Below, piece by piece: positions 19,145 through 28,843 of a DNA stretch of 64,000 nt. Position 1 is the first letter of the stretch. Every line of letters starts with the position of its first letter. Source of the DNA: an uncultured Acidobacteriaceae bacterium (lineage in GTDB: Bacteria; Acidobacteriota; Terriglobia; Terriglobales; Acidobacteriaceae); the NCBI GenBank assembly GCA_963806985.1, contig CAWDZV010000003.1, forward strand, positions 611,277 to 675,276, in the 5' to 3' direction. Made by a program: the position numbers and the translations under genes. The notes under the pieces are model-generated. The model saw only the letters and a program-made list of their open reading frames with translations. It was not told where the DNA came from and made no database searches.

Positions 19145-20005
19145 ATGCTGGCCCACGTCAAATACGCCGTGAAGTATCTCCTGGGACGCGATCAGGCCGG
19201 GAATGATTTCACTGTTTTTCCCGACGACACCTTTCTCGTGTCGTATCCGAAGTCGGGTAATACATGGGTCCGTTTCCTGCTGGCGAATTTGATCTATCCC
19301 AACGAGACTGTGGGTTTCGCCAATATCAACCGACTCCTGCCCGCGCCGGGGGTTTCGTCCAAGCGATTTCTGAAGGGTCTGCCCCGGCCGCGCATTTTAA
19401 AGAGTCACGAGCCGTTTGACGTTCGATTTCGGAAGGTTATCTACCTGGTCCGCGATCCGCGCGACGTTGCGGTCTCCGAGTATCACTTCGACTTGAAGAA
19501 GCGCTATATCGAGCCGGATGTCACTCTAGAACAATTCGTCGAGCGCTTCATCAAGGGCACAACTTCAGGCTACGGTTCGTGGTGGGAACACACGGCGAGT
19601 TGGATTGGCGCGCGGCACGGTAATCCGGCCTTTCTTTTGGTTCGTTATGAAGACCTGCTCTCAGAGCCCGTCAGCGAAACTGGCAAGATTGCTGAATTCC
19701 TCGGAATTCAGGCCGGACCGGAGCGTCTTGGGGCAGCGGTGCGACGAAGCTCCGCGGATCGCATGCGCAAGCTCGAAAAACAGCAGGCCGACCAGTGGAC
19801 GGGAACCAAGAATACGCGCAAAGAAATTCCCTTTGTCCGCGCTGCGAAATCGGGCGGATGGAAGGAAACTCTGCCTCAACCTTGCGTGCAGGAGATTGAA
19901 ATTGCGTGGGCTCCGCTTTTGAATTTTCTTGGCTACTCGCTGCAGACGCCGGAATTGGACAACAAAACTGTGCCATCGTGGGTCCGGACGGGTCAGCCAC
20001 TCTAA
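19145..20005 (+). CDS. PAPS-dependent sulfotransferase (paralog 3)
   Basis: Motifs are YPKSGNTWVRF and RDPRDVAVSEY. It is collinear with paralogs 1 and 2. Confidence 0.8.
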   Translation: MLAHVKYAVKYLLGRDQAGNDFTVFPDDTFLVSYPKSGNTWVRFLLANLIYPNETVGFANINRLLPAPGVSSKRFLKGLPRPRILKSHEPFDVRFRKVIYLVRDPRDVAVSEYHFDLKKRYIEPDVTLEQFVERFIKGTTSGYGSWWEHTASWIGARHGNPAFLLVRYEDLLSEPVSETGKIAEFLGIQAGPERLGAAVRRSSADRMRKLEKQQADQWTGTKNTRKEIPFVRAAKSGGWKETLPQPCVQEIEIAWAPLLNFLGYSLQTPELDNKTVPSWVRTGQPL

Positions 20006-20109
20006 TGGACGTCTTAATAAACGTCGGCGCCATCATGTTCCAAGTGCAGGGAAGAGCTATCTGCTCCCGATGAATTACTTCCTGAGTTGGGTTCAATGAG
20101 TTGCTTGCC

Positions 20110-21675
20110 ATGAGCACCAACAAACGGCAAATCATGAAGAATGTCGGCTCCAGTTGGTTCTCGCTGGGGGTTGATGTCGTTGTCGGCTTCTTGCTGTACC
20201 CCTTCATCCTGCACAAACTGGGCGATACGGCTTCCGGCATCTGGGTTTTGATCTTCTCGATTACCGGCTACTACGGCCTGTTCGATCTCGGAATTCGTTC
20301 CTCGGTGGTTCGCTACGTTTCGAAATTTACCGCCGTCGACGATATTGAAGACCTGGCCAAGCTGATCAATACTAGCCTTTTCAGCTACAGCTGCATCGGT
20401 GTTCTGAGTTTGATGGTCACCGGGCTTCTCGCGGCCTATGTCGACAATCTATTCAAAATTCCGGCAGGATTCCATTCCACTGCTCGCCTGTTGCTGTGGA
20501 TGGTCGGGGCCGCGATTGCACTCGGCTTCCCCCTGGGCGTAGTCGGCGGTTTCCTGGATGGGCTGCAGAAGTTCTACGTCAACAACTGGACGAGCGTTGC
20601 GGGTAATGCTGTTCGCGTAGTTCTGATCGTGACTGCTCTTACCCACGGTAAGGGATTACTCACCGTGGCGGCGATCACGGTTGTTCTTCCCATCTTTAAC
20701 TCGCTGGTGCGGGGAGCTATCGCCTTCCGCATTCATCCCGTTCCCTTGGGGATGAAATACGTGGACCGCAAGACCTTCCGCCTTATTGCGAACTATAGCG
20801 GGGTCACGCTGATCATCATGATCGCGACCCAGCTCAAGTTTAAGACTGACAACATCGTGATTGGCAGCATGATCTCGGCGGCCGCCGTTACTTACTTCAC
20901 CATCGGCTCGCGGATCGTGAATTACACGCAGCAGGTGGTGATGGCGCTGGCGCAAAACTTTCTTCCTTTGGCCAGCGAGTCTGAGGCGACCGGAAAAATG
21001 GACCGCCTGCGAAAAGTTTTCGTGGCTGGAAACCGCTTGTGCGCCTTCACTTGTTTCCCCATCACGGCGACGCTGCTGATTTTGGGCAAGTCGGTGATCG
21101 AAGTGTGGGTGGGGAAGAGATATATCGCGACGAGCTACCCGGTGCTTGTGATTCTGATTATCCCGGCCACGCTGATGTGGGCGCAGGCGGCGTCGGGACG
21201 CGTGCTCTTTGGAATCAGCAAACACAAGACCTGGGCGTTCGTAACGCTGGCTGAGGGTATTGCCAACCTTGTGCTTAGCATCATTTTGGTGCGTCCGTAT
21301 GGAATCGAGGGCGACGCTTATGGCACGGCCATACCGCTCGCTTGCAGCATGATTCTTTTCATGCCGGGGCATTTGTGCAAGCAACTTGGAATTCGCGTGC
21401 GAACCTACTTGCGCGAAGCGTACACCCTGCCAATTCTCATTACAGTGCCTATGGTGCTCGTGCTTCTCTTGCTGCAACGCTGGTTCATCCCGCACCATTA
21501 TTTCGAATTGGCCTTGCAACTCCTGATCGCCGGGGCGGTCTACGGGTTGGGATTGCTTTGGGTGGTGTTGACGAAGCGGGCTCTGCGTGTTGGCGAGCTT
21601 GCGCCAGAGGAAAATCAAGTTGCAGCGGAGATCGGCCCTCCTGAAGTGATCGAAACCTATCAGCCGGGAGGATAA
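20110..21675 (+). CDS. Polysaccharide biosynthesis protein, Wzx-like MOP-family flippase
   Basis: About 520 aa with roughly 12-14 hydrophobic helices. The N-terminus (KNVGSSWFSLGVDVVVGFLLYPFILHKLG) is typical of oligosaccharide flippases. Confidence 0.7.
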   Translation: MSTNKRQIMKNVGSSWFSLGVDVVVGFLLYPFILHKLGDTASGIWVLIFSITGYYGLFDLGIRSSVVRYVSKFTAVDDIEDLAKLINTSLFSYSCIGVLSLMVTGLLAAYVDNLFKIPAGFHSTARLLLWMVGAAIALGFPLGVVGGFLDGLQKFYVNNWTSVAGNAVRVVLIVTALTHGKGLLTVAAITVVLPIFNSLVRGAIAFRIHPVPLGMKYVDRKTFRLIANYSGVTLIIMIATQLKFKTDNIVIGSMISAAAVTYFTIGSRIVNYTQQVVMALAQNFLPLASESEATGKMDRLRKVFVAGNRLCAFTCFPITATLLILGKSVIEVWVGKRYIATSYPVLVILIIPATLMWAQAASGRVLFGISKHKTWAFVTLAEGIANLVLSIILVRPYGIEGDAYGTAIPLACSMILFMPGHLCKQLGIRVRTYLREAYTLPILITVPMVLVLLLLQRWFIPHHYFELALQLLIAGAVYGLGLLWVVLTKRALRVGELAPEENQVAAEIGPPEVIETYQPGG

Positions 21676-21804
21676 CGTCGCCGGTGCAGCCCACTTCTCG
21701 TTGGCAGTTTGCGCGGGTGACACAAAAGGCCGAACCACAGGGGGCACAGAGAAACACGGGGGAAGGCAAACAACGGACCCGTTTGTTCCTCCCTCTTTGT
21801 GTTC

Positions 21805-23661
21805 TTAGTCGCCATCCGGCGGCGCTGGCGCGGATGTGTCATGCAGAAAATGGTTCGCGTTCACCGGGGCTGCGATCGGCGCGAACACCAGCGGTAACTG
21901 GTTAAAGTTGAAGCAATCCGACAAATCGTCGGAACGCGAGTCGGCATAGCCCACCATGGGGTCAATTTCGGAGAGAGAGAAGGACGATTCCACAAATTTC
22001 AGGATGCTGCCGAAATCGTGGGTTACGTGCGAGATGTAGGCTGGCTTGGCGAAGGCTGAGATCACGATCAGCGGCACACGGAACCCGTATTCGTAGGAAT
22101 CGCGAATGTTTGGCGGCGGTACGTGGTCATACCAACCGCCCCAGTCGTCCCAGGCTACGATGATCGCAGTGTTTCCCCAGTACTGTGGGCTCTGGCCAAT
22201 GGCATTTACGATGGCCGCTACCCATGATGGCCCATCGTCTACGGAGTTATCGGCGTGATCCGAGTTCTGGCCCGCGGGAATCACCCAACTCACGGCGGCA
22301 AGTTGTCCGTTAGAAATATCAGTCAGGATCTGCGCGCCCGATCCTTCAATCACAACATTCGGGTTGGAGGCTGTCCAGTCATTTCCGCTGCACACGGTGT
22401 CGTCGAACATTCCGTCGGCCGAAGTGGGCACGCACATGTGCTGGATCGCATCGGGCGCCGTCCAGATCGAACCCGCCGCGGGTGCGTAATACTTCCAAGT
22501 GAGGCTGCCGGCATCCAAAAGGTCGGTCAAGGTTGGATGTTCATAACACAACTGCGTGATCACGGTAGTGGGTGTTGCCGGACTCGCGTGGCTGGTATCG
22601 ATGGCATCGATTGTCGAGCCGGGAGGCGCAAGGCATCCCGCCCAGTAAGTGCCGTCGGGCCGGGCTATGTTGTTGTTTGGATTGTCGGCAACCGCGACGG
22701 TACTGGTTGCGGAAATCTCAGAGGTGCCCGAAATGATGTACTGATGCGCTGGAAAACTTGGTCCCTGGTTGGTCTGGAACATGTGGTCGCCGAAAGTATA
22801 CGTCTGCGCCATGGCGAGGTAAGGCTGCACGGCTGAGGCTGGCACGTATTGATATTCCGGATTGGGAGGGCAATTCGCGACGGGATTGCAGTTGTTCGTG
22901 TCCGCGCCATCCATTTTGCAAGTATTGGTCGAGGTTTGATAGTCGCAGGACTCGAAGAAAGAATAGTGACCGTGGCCGAGGTCATAGTTGGTTATCAGAC
23001 CGCCGGCGACCGGTGTGAGCGGGATGGTCGCTCCAGAAGACGTTAGTCCGCTGCTGGCAATATCGTACTGCGCAGGATTGACGCCCGTGGGATCGCAGCC
23101 GGGCACACCGCCATTGGCCGCGCATAATCCCTGAAACAGATTGTCGGGCGTTCGGTTCTCCTGGAAAATAATCACCACGTGATCGATCTGCTGCGGCCCG
23201 ATCGTAGTCGGGTCGGATGCCGTGGCACTGGGCGCGCCGCCGCCCGAGACCATTGCCTGGTCGGTGACCGTTCCGGGGGTGGTTCCAACATTTACGGTTA
23301 TGGTGATGTCGGAATAGACGTTGTTGGGCGTAAGCGCGTCCGAACAAGTGCAGGAGAGCGAACTGAGGGTGCAGGTCCATCCGGTGCCTTTGATATTAGT
23401 GGCAGTGAGGCCGGCTGGCACGGTGTCGGTTACGGTGACGGTACCGGAAGTTGGGCTTCCACCGGTGTTCATGATTTGAATGAAATATTCATCGCCGACC
23501 TGGCCCGGTGGGAAGTTGCCGATGTGAAAGAGAGTAATGGTCAGCGCTGGAGGTGGGGGAGGTGGAGCGGTATTGGAGCCGCCTCCGCAGCCAACCAGAA
23601 CCAGCGTGGAGCAAGCGACGAGCGCCAGCGGCAAGCCGAATTCTGCAGTTATGGTGCGCAC
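21805..23661 (-). CDS. Lipoprotein of the phosphoesterase family (phospholipase C / AcpA-like acid phosphatase)
   Basis: Has a lipobox LVGCGG and an N-terminal Ig-like segment. Phosphoesterase motifs IDHVVIIFQENRTPDNLF and WGGWYDHVPPP follow. The start is GTG. Confidence 0.7.
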   Translation of the reverse strand: MRTITAEFGLPLALVACSTLVLVGCGGGSNTAPPPPPPALTITLFHIGNFPPGQVGDEYFIQIMNTGGSPTSGTVTVTDTVPAGLTATNIKGTGWTCTLSSLSCTCSDALTPNNVYSDITITVNVGTTPGTVTDQAMVSGGGAPSATASDPTTIGPQQIDHVVIIFQENRTPDNLFQGLCAANGGVPGCDPTGVNPAQYDIASSGLTSSGATIPLTPVAGGLITNYDLGHGHYSFFESCDYQTSTNTCKMDGADTNNCNPVANCPPNPEYQYVPASAVQPYLAMAQTYTFGDHMFQTNQGPSFPAHQYIISGTSEISATSTVAVADNPNNNIARPDGTYWAGCLAPPGSTIDAIDTSHASPATPTTVITQLCYEHPTLTDLLDAGSLTWKYYAPAAGSIWTAPDAIQHMCVPTSADGMFDDTVCSGNDWTASNPNVVIEGSGAQILTDISNGQLAAVSWVIPAGQNSDHADNSVDDGPSWVAAIVNAIGQSPQYWGNTAIIVAWDDWGGWYDHVPPPNIRDSYEYGFRVPLIVISAFAKPAYISHVTHDFGSILKFVESSFSLSEIDPMVGYADSRSDDLSDCFNFNQLPLVFAPIAAPVNANHFLHDTSAPAPPDGD

Positions 23662-23720
23662 TTTTTGCCCTTCCGAGGGGCCAGTCTACCGAAGGGCGCG
23701 CGCTCACGCCAGCCGACGGA

Positions 23721-24687
23721 ATGAATCGCCCTGATGTCCAACTCGCCGGCATCGTTGAGCCCGACGAAAAGCCTTTCGAATCCTATGCGCAGCGCTATTA
23801 TCTCCCCGCAAGCTTGCACTTTCGCAACATTCAGGAAATGGTTGAGCATGCGCACCCTCGCGCAGTGCTGGTCTTCCGGCTCCGAGTGACCACAGGCGGG
23901 GTCATCGAGGAATCCGCCGCCCGCGTCCACGTAATGGTGGAGAAGCCGCTGACCATAAGTTATAGAGACGCGTTGGCCATCCAAGATGCGGCGCAACACG
24001 GCAAGATCCATGTGCTCGTCAACCTGGAAACATCGTGGTACGCGAGCAATTCGGAAGCTTTCCGTTTACTGAAGCAGGGCGCTCTGGGACCGATGGTAAA
24101 GACTGCCATTCGTGACGGGCATCCCGGGCCCAAACAGATCTGGGTTGGACCCGAGTTCCTCTCCTTCTTAACGGATCCGAAGCAGAACGGAGCCGCAGCT
24201 CTTTTTGACTTCGGCTGCTATGGGCCGAACCTCATGACCTGGCTGATGGATGGCGAGATGCCTTTGTCCGTAACTGCGGTTACCAAGCAATGGCAACCGG
24301 ATGTGTATCCGGAAGTGGATGACGAAGCGGAGATCATTCTCAACTCCAAAAATGCGGTCGCCATCGTTCAGGCGTCGTGGAACTGGCCTTTCAATCTGAA
24401 GCAAATGGATGTCTATGGCCGGACCGGCTATGCCAAGGCAACCGACCCCGATCGAATCGAGGTTCGAAAGGCAGAATGAGTCCGAAGGCCGGGTGATGAC
24501 GGGAACAAGACCGACCGCTCCGTATGGCGATCCGTTGCACCATATGGCTGCAGTTCTCAATGGAGAGATTCAAGAGGGGAGCGCGCCGTCCTCGCTGCAG
24601 ACTAACATGACCGTGTCAGAGATCCTGGATGCAGCGAAACAGTCCGCCCAGAGCGGCAAGACGGTAGGCTTACCCCTGGCGAAGTGA
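23721..24687 (+). pseudogene. Gfo/Idh/MocA-family oxidoreductase remnant (N-terminally truncated and frameshifted)
   Basis: The EKPL motif and C-terminal domain are recognisable, but no GxGxxG Rossmann start precedes PDVQLAGIV. The reading frame switches near 24470: ORF 23553-24479 continues as ORF 24409-24687 in another frame. Confidence 0.5.
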
Positions 24688-24844
24688 GGCTGCATCAATT
24701 CCGGGGACCGGCAATCCCATAATGTCCTTGGCAAATAAATCTTCTTCTTACGCCACCGACGGCGTGTCAATCCATATGGTCCAAACCCCTTCAAGGTGAT
24801 ATAGACTCCTTAGCTGTGTAGGAAAACAGACCGGAGTTCTTCCG

Positions 24845-26038
24845 ATGGCCTCTACCTTTTTTCGATCAGTACGATCGCTCGAAGCCGACAACTCGCAGCG
24901 TTCTTATTTGGGTCTCGCTCTGGCTGCCTGCTTGCTGGCGGCGTGGATACTGTGGTTTTTTCTAGCGCGAGTATCGGTTTACGCGGTCACGGACAAGGCC
25001 GATTTGGAAGTGGATCGGGCGGCGCATCCGGTGGAATCGGTGGTCAGCGGCCGAGTCGTGGCGACCGATATGACGCTTGACCAGGAAGTAAAGGCTGGGG
25101 ATGTTCTGGTTGAGCTTGACTCTGGTGCTCAGCAGTTTCAGCTCACTGAAGAGAAGACGCAATTAGCAGGCGCGAATCCACAAATCCGTTCCCGCGAAGA
25201 AGAGATCGTCTCGGAAGGGCAGGCGCTGGAGCAGGATCAGAAATCGGCCAAGGATGCGCTGGAGGAAGCGCGGGCGCACTACCGGGAGGCCGAGGCGGCG
25301 GCGCAATTTGCGCAAGCGGAAGCAGATCGATTGAGCAAGATGTACAACGCCGGGGTAGTGGCGGAACTGGATCTGAACCGGAGCGTCGCCGATGCACAGC
25401 AGCGCCGTGCCGCTGCGGACAGTTTGAAGTATGCGGTGGAGCGACTGGAAGGCGAGCAACGCACGCGTACCAACGAGAGACGTGCACACATCGAACAAAT
25501 GACAAGCGAACTCAACAGGCTGCGCGGCGACCAGGCTACGGCGGGCGTGACTCTGCAGCGCCTGGAAGAAGAAGTAGATCGCCGGTATATACGCGCGCCG
25601 ATTGATGGGAAGTTGGGCGAAGTGGCGCCCTTGAGGGTGGGAGCGGTGGTCCACGAAGGCGATAAACTCGCCGCCGTCATTCCGTCGGGGAAGCTGCGAG
25701 TGGTGGCGAACTTCGATCCACCAGCGGCTTTGGGGCGCATACGGCCGGGGCAGCATGCACGGCTGCGGCTGGAAGGGTTTCCGTGGGCGCAGTATGGAAG
25801 CGTAGGCGCGACCATCACTAGTGTGGCCAGCGAGATTCGCGATGGCAGCATACGAGTGGAGATGGCGATCGATCCGAATTCCTCGTCTCGTATTCCCCTG
25901 CAACACGGGCTGCCTGGGTCGGTGGAAGTTCAGATTGAAACCGTCTCGCCCGCGAATCTCGTGCTGCGTACGGCGGGAAGCTTAGTGGCCAGCCCTAAGA
26001 ACAATTTCACAAATCTCGGCGTGGTGACGGCGCGATGA
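24845..26038 (+). CDS. HlyD-family membrane fusion / secretion protein
   Basis: One N-terminal TM helix, a long coiled-coil (EEARAHYREAEAAAQFAQAEADRL...) and a C-terminal beta-barrel segment. Its stop overlaps the next start as ATGA. Confidence 0.8.
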   Translation: MASTFFRSVRSLEADNSQRSYLGLALAACLLAAWILWFFLARVSVYAVTDKADLEVDRAAHPVESVVSGRVVATDMTLDQEVKAGDVLVELDSGAQQFQLTEEKTQLAGANPQIRSREEEIVSEGQALEQDQKSAKDALEEARAHYREAEAAAQFAQAEADRLSKMYNAGVVAELDLNRSVADAQQRRAAADSLKYAVERLEGEQRTRTNERRAHIEQMTSELNRLRGDQATAGVTLQRLEEEVDRRYIRAPIDGKLGEVAPLRVGAVVHEGDKLAAVIPSGKLRVVANFDPPAALGRIRPGQHARLRLEGFPWAQYGSVGATITSVASEIRDGSIRVEMAIDPNSSSRIPLQHGLPGSVEVQIETVSPANLVLRTAGSLVASPKNNFTNLGVVTAR

Positions 26039-28797
26039 ATCTGGGCCGGCGCCGCATATTTGTTCCGGAGGTGGTGCAGACGTTGGTGATGGATTGCGGA
26101 CCGGCATCGCTGAAGTGTCTGGCGGAGGGATTCGGCATACCTGTCAGCTACGGGCGCTTGCGGGAAGCCTGCCAGACCGATGTCGATGGGACTTCGATCG
26201 ACACGATGGAAGAGGTTGCGAAGCAGTTGGGACTGGAAGCAGAACAGATTATGGCACCAGCGGATTTTGTGCTGCTTCCGGAAGCGAACCTGTTGCCCGC
26301 GATCGCAGTGGTTATTCGCGCCAGCAAGTTAACCCACTTCGTGGTCGCATGGCGGAGCCACGGCGCTCTGCTGCAAGTCATGGATCCCGCGCTAGGCCGC
26401 CAATGGGAGCCGAGGGCGCAATTTGTTTCCAGTCTTTACATCCACACGCTGCCAGTTAGCGCTCAAGGTTGGAGAGAGTGGGCGGAGTCGGAGGAGTTCA
26501 CGCTACCGGTGCGACGGAAGTTGGATGACCTGGGCATTTCGGGGAAGGCTGCGACGGGCTTGATTGAAAACGCGGTCAATGCTCCCGGCTGGCGAGGTCT
26601 GGCTCGACTCGATGCTGGTGCGCGAAGCATGGGCGCAATTGTCAGATCCGGAGGATTGCGGAGAGGAAAGGAAGCGGAGCGGGTGCTGGAACGGCTGCTC
26701 GTTTCGAGCCGGGATGAACGGAGTCAGGGTGAACGGAGTCAGGATGAACAAGCCAGCGGAAGCGCGAAAGAAGAGTACGGCGTAATCCCATCCAATTATT
26801 GGTCAGCATGGTCGGCGCCTCCCGATGAGGAAAACGGAGAGGAGCGCGTTTTCTTTAAGGGCGCGGTGCTGGTGCATGTGAAGGGACGCCGCGCCGAATC
26901 AGCGGCGGTGGAAACTGAGAAGCTTCCGCCGGAGGTGGCTGCCGCACTGCAAGAGAAGTCGAGCGAGCCTGGCCGAGAACTCCTGCGCATGCTAAAGGCG
27001 GACGGGCTCCTTGCGCCTGCGGCGGCGGTGACCGCTCTTTTTCTTGCGACCCTCGGAGTATTGATCGAGGCAGTCTTGTTTCGCAGCTTGCTCGATATGC
27101 CGCGTCAGTTCGGATTGTATGGACAGCGGCTGGGGGTGATGGCAGCCCTATTGATTTTTTTGACCGCCTTGATGCTTCTTGAGTTGCCAATCGCATCGGG
27201 CGTTCTGCGAATTGGCAGGCATCTCGAGGCGCGGCTGCGAACCACGTTTCTCGAAAAAATTCCCAAGCTCGGAGATCGATATTTTCATAGCCGCTTGACC
27301 TCCGATATGGCGGAGCGCAGTCATAGTACGCACCGCATACGGCTGCTGCCGGGATTGGGCGGTCAGGTTCTTCGTTCGACGTTTGAACTCATAGCTACGG
27401 TTGCGGGAATCATCTGGCTGGACGCTCGCCTCGCGGTGCCGGCTCTGATCGCCGCGGCGCTGGCGGTGGGCTTGCCTTTGGCCGTGCAGCCCATGCTCAC
27501 CGAAAGAGACCTCCGAGTGCGCAATCACATGGGAGCGCTGAGCCGTTTCTATCTTGACGCGTTGTTAGGTCTGGTTCCTGTACTCACGCACAGAGCCGAA
27601 CGCGCCTTGCGACGGGAACATGAAAGCTTGTTGGTGGAATGGGCTCATGCATCGTTTGGATTGCAAAGCCTGGCAGTTTGGGTCGAAGCGTTGCAGGGGT
27701 TGACTGGATTTGGCTTGGCTGCCTGGCTGATGCTCGACCACATCAGCCGCGCGGGCGAGGCCGGAGGCGCACTGCTGCTTGTCTACTGGGCGCTCAATCT
27801 GCCGGGGCTGGGTGAGGAGATTGCGCAGGTCGCGCGCCAATATCCTTCCTACCGGAACGTCACGCTTCGACTGCTGGAGCCGATTGGCGCGCTCGAAGAT
27901 GAAGGTGGCGTTGAAAGTAAGGAGAATGCAAACGAATTTGAATCAGCGCCTCGAATTGAGGATTTATCGCTGGAAGGATCCGGCGGCGCATCCATCGAGC
28001 TGACCAAAGTAAACGTGCACGCCGCAGGACACACCATTCTGGAAGAGATCAATTTAAAGATTGATCCGGGCGATCATGTGGCTATTGTTGGCGTCTCGGG
28101 TGCGGGAAAATCGAGCCTGCTGGGCCTGCTTCTGGGTTGGTATCGAGCGGCCGAGGGAAGCGTGCTGGTCGATGGTGCCGCGCTGGAGGGCGTGCATCTG
28201 GACCAGTTGCGTCAGCAGACTGCGTGGATTGATCCGGCAGTGCAGCTGTGGAATCGCTCTCTGTTTTCAAATCTCTGCTACGGCAATCCGGACGCTATGC
28301 CAACCGCAGAGTTGTTGGAACAAATTGAACTGCGCCAGTTGCTCGAAAAATTGCCGGAGGGAATGCAAACGAAACTCGGGGAAAGCGGTGGCCTGATTTC
28401 TGGTGGTGAGGGGCAGCGGGTTCGACTGGGACGCGCTCTGCTAAAACGCGGAGTGCGCCTCGCTCTGCTCGACGAACCCTTTCGGGGACTTGATCGGCAG
28501 GCGCGGCGAGAGTTGCTGGCGCGCGCCCGCCGGCACTGGGCGAGCACGACATTGTTGTGCGTCACCCACGATGTGGGCGAGACACTGACATTTCCTCGCA
28601 CGCTGGTGATTGAGAACGGACGCATTGTCGAGGATGGGAACCCGGCAGAGCTTGCTCGAAGAATGAATTCGCGTTATCGAGCGCTGCTTGAGGCGGAGGA
28701 GAGTGTGCGGGAAAGTTCGTGGTCGGGCGGCGCCTGGCGACACCTCCGGCTGGAAGGTGGCCGCCTGATCGAAGAGTTGCAACGGGCCCGGGCATGA
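26035..28797 (+). CDS. Bacteriocin-type ABC transporter with N-terminal C39 cysteine peptidase domain
   Basis: C39 residues are present (MDCGPASLKCL, HFVVAW, DP). An insert of about 190 aa precedes the TMD. Other motifs are Walker A GVSGAGKSS, signature ISGGEGQRV and Walker B LALLDEP. Confidence 0.8.
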   Translation: MNLGRRRIFVPEVVQTLVMDCGPASLKCLAEGFGIPVSYGRLREACQTDVDGTSIDTMEEVAKQLGLEAEQIMAPADFVLLPEANLLPAIAVVIRASKLTHFVVAWRSHGALLQVMDPALGRQWEPRAQFVSSLYIHTLPVSAQGWREWAESEEFTLPVRRKLDDLGISGKAATGLIENAVNAPGWRGLARLDAGARSMGAIVRSGGLRRGKEAERVLERLLVSSRDERSQGERSQDEQASGSAKEEYGVIPSNYWSAWSAPPDEENGEERVFFKGAVLVHVKGRRAESAAVETEKLPPEVAAALQEKSSEPGRELLRMLKADGLLAPAAAVTALFLATLGVLIEAVLFRSLLDMPRQFGLYGQRLGVMAALLIFLTALMLLELPIASGVLRIGRHLEARLRTTFLEKIPKLGDRYFHSRLTSDMAERSHSTHRIRLLPGLGGQVLRSTFELIATVAGIIWLDARLAVPALIAAALAVGLPLAVQPMLTERDLRVRNHMGALSRFYLDALLGLVPVLTHRAERALRREHESLLVEWAHASFGLQSLAVWVEALQGLTGFGLAAWLMLDHISRAGEAGGALLLVYWALNLPGLGEEIAQVARQYPSYRNVTLRLLEPIGALEDEGGVESKENANEFESAPRIEDLSLEGSGGASIELTKVNVHAAGHTILEEINLKIDPGDHVAIVGVSGAGKSSLLGLLLGWYRAAEGSVLVDGAALEGVHLDQLRQQTAWIDPAVQLWNRSLFSNLCYGNPDAMPTAELLEQIELRQLLEKLPEGMQTKLGESGGLISGGEGQRVRLGRALLKRGVRLALLDEPFRGLDRQARRELLARARRHWASTTLLCVTHDVGETLTFPRTLVIENGRIVEDGNPAELARRMNSRYRALLEAEESVRESSWSGGAWRHLRLEGGRLIEELQRARA

Positions 28798-28843
28798 AAA
28801 ACCCGGGCATGAAAAATGACGACGTGAAAGACGCGGGGAAAAT

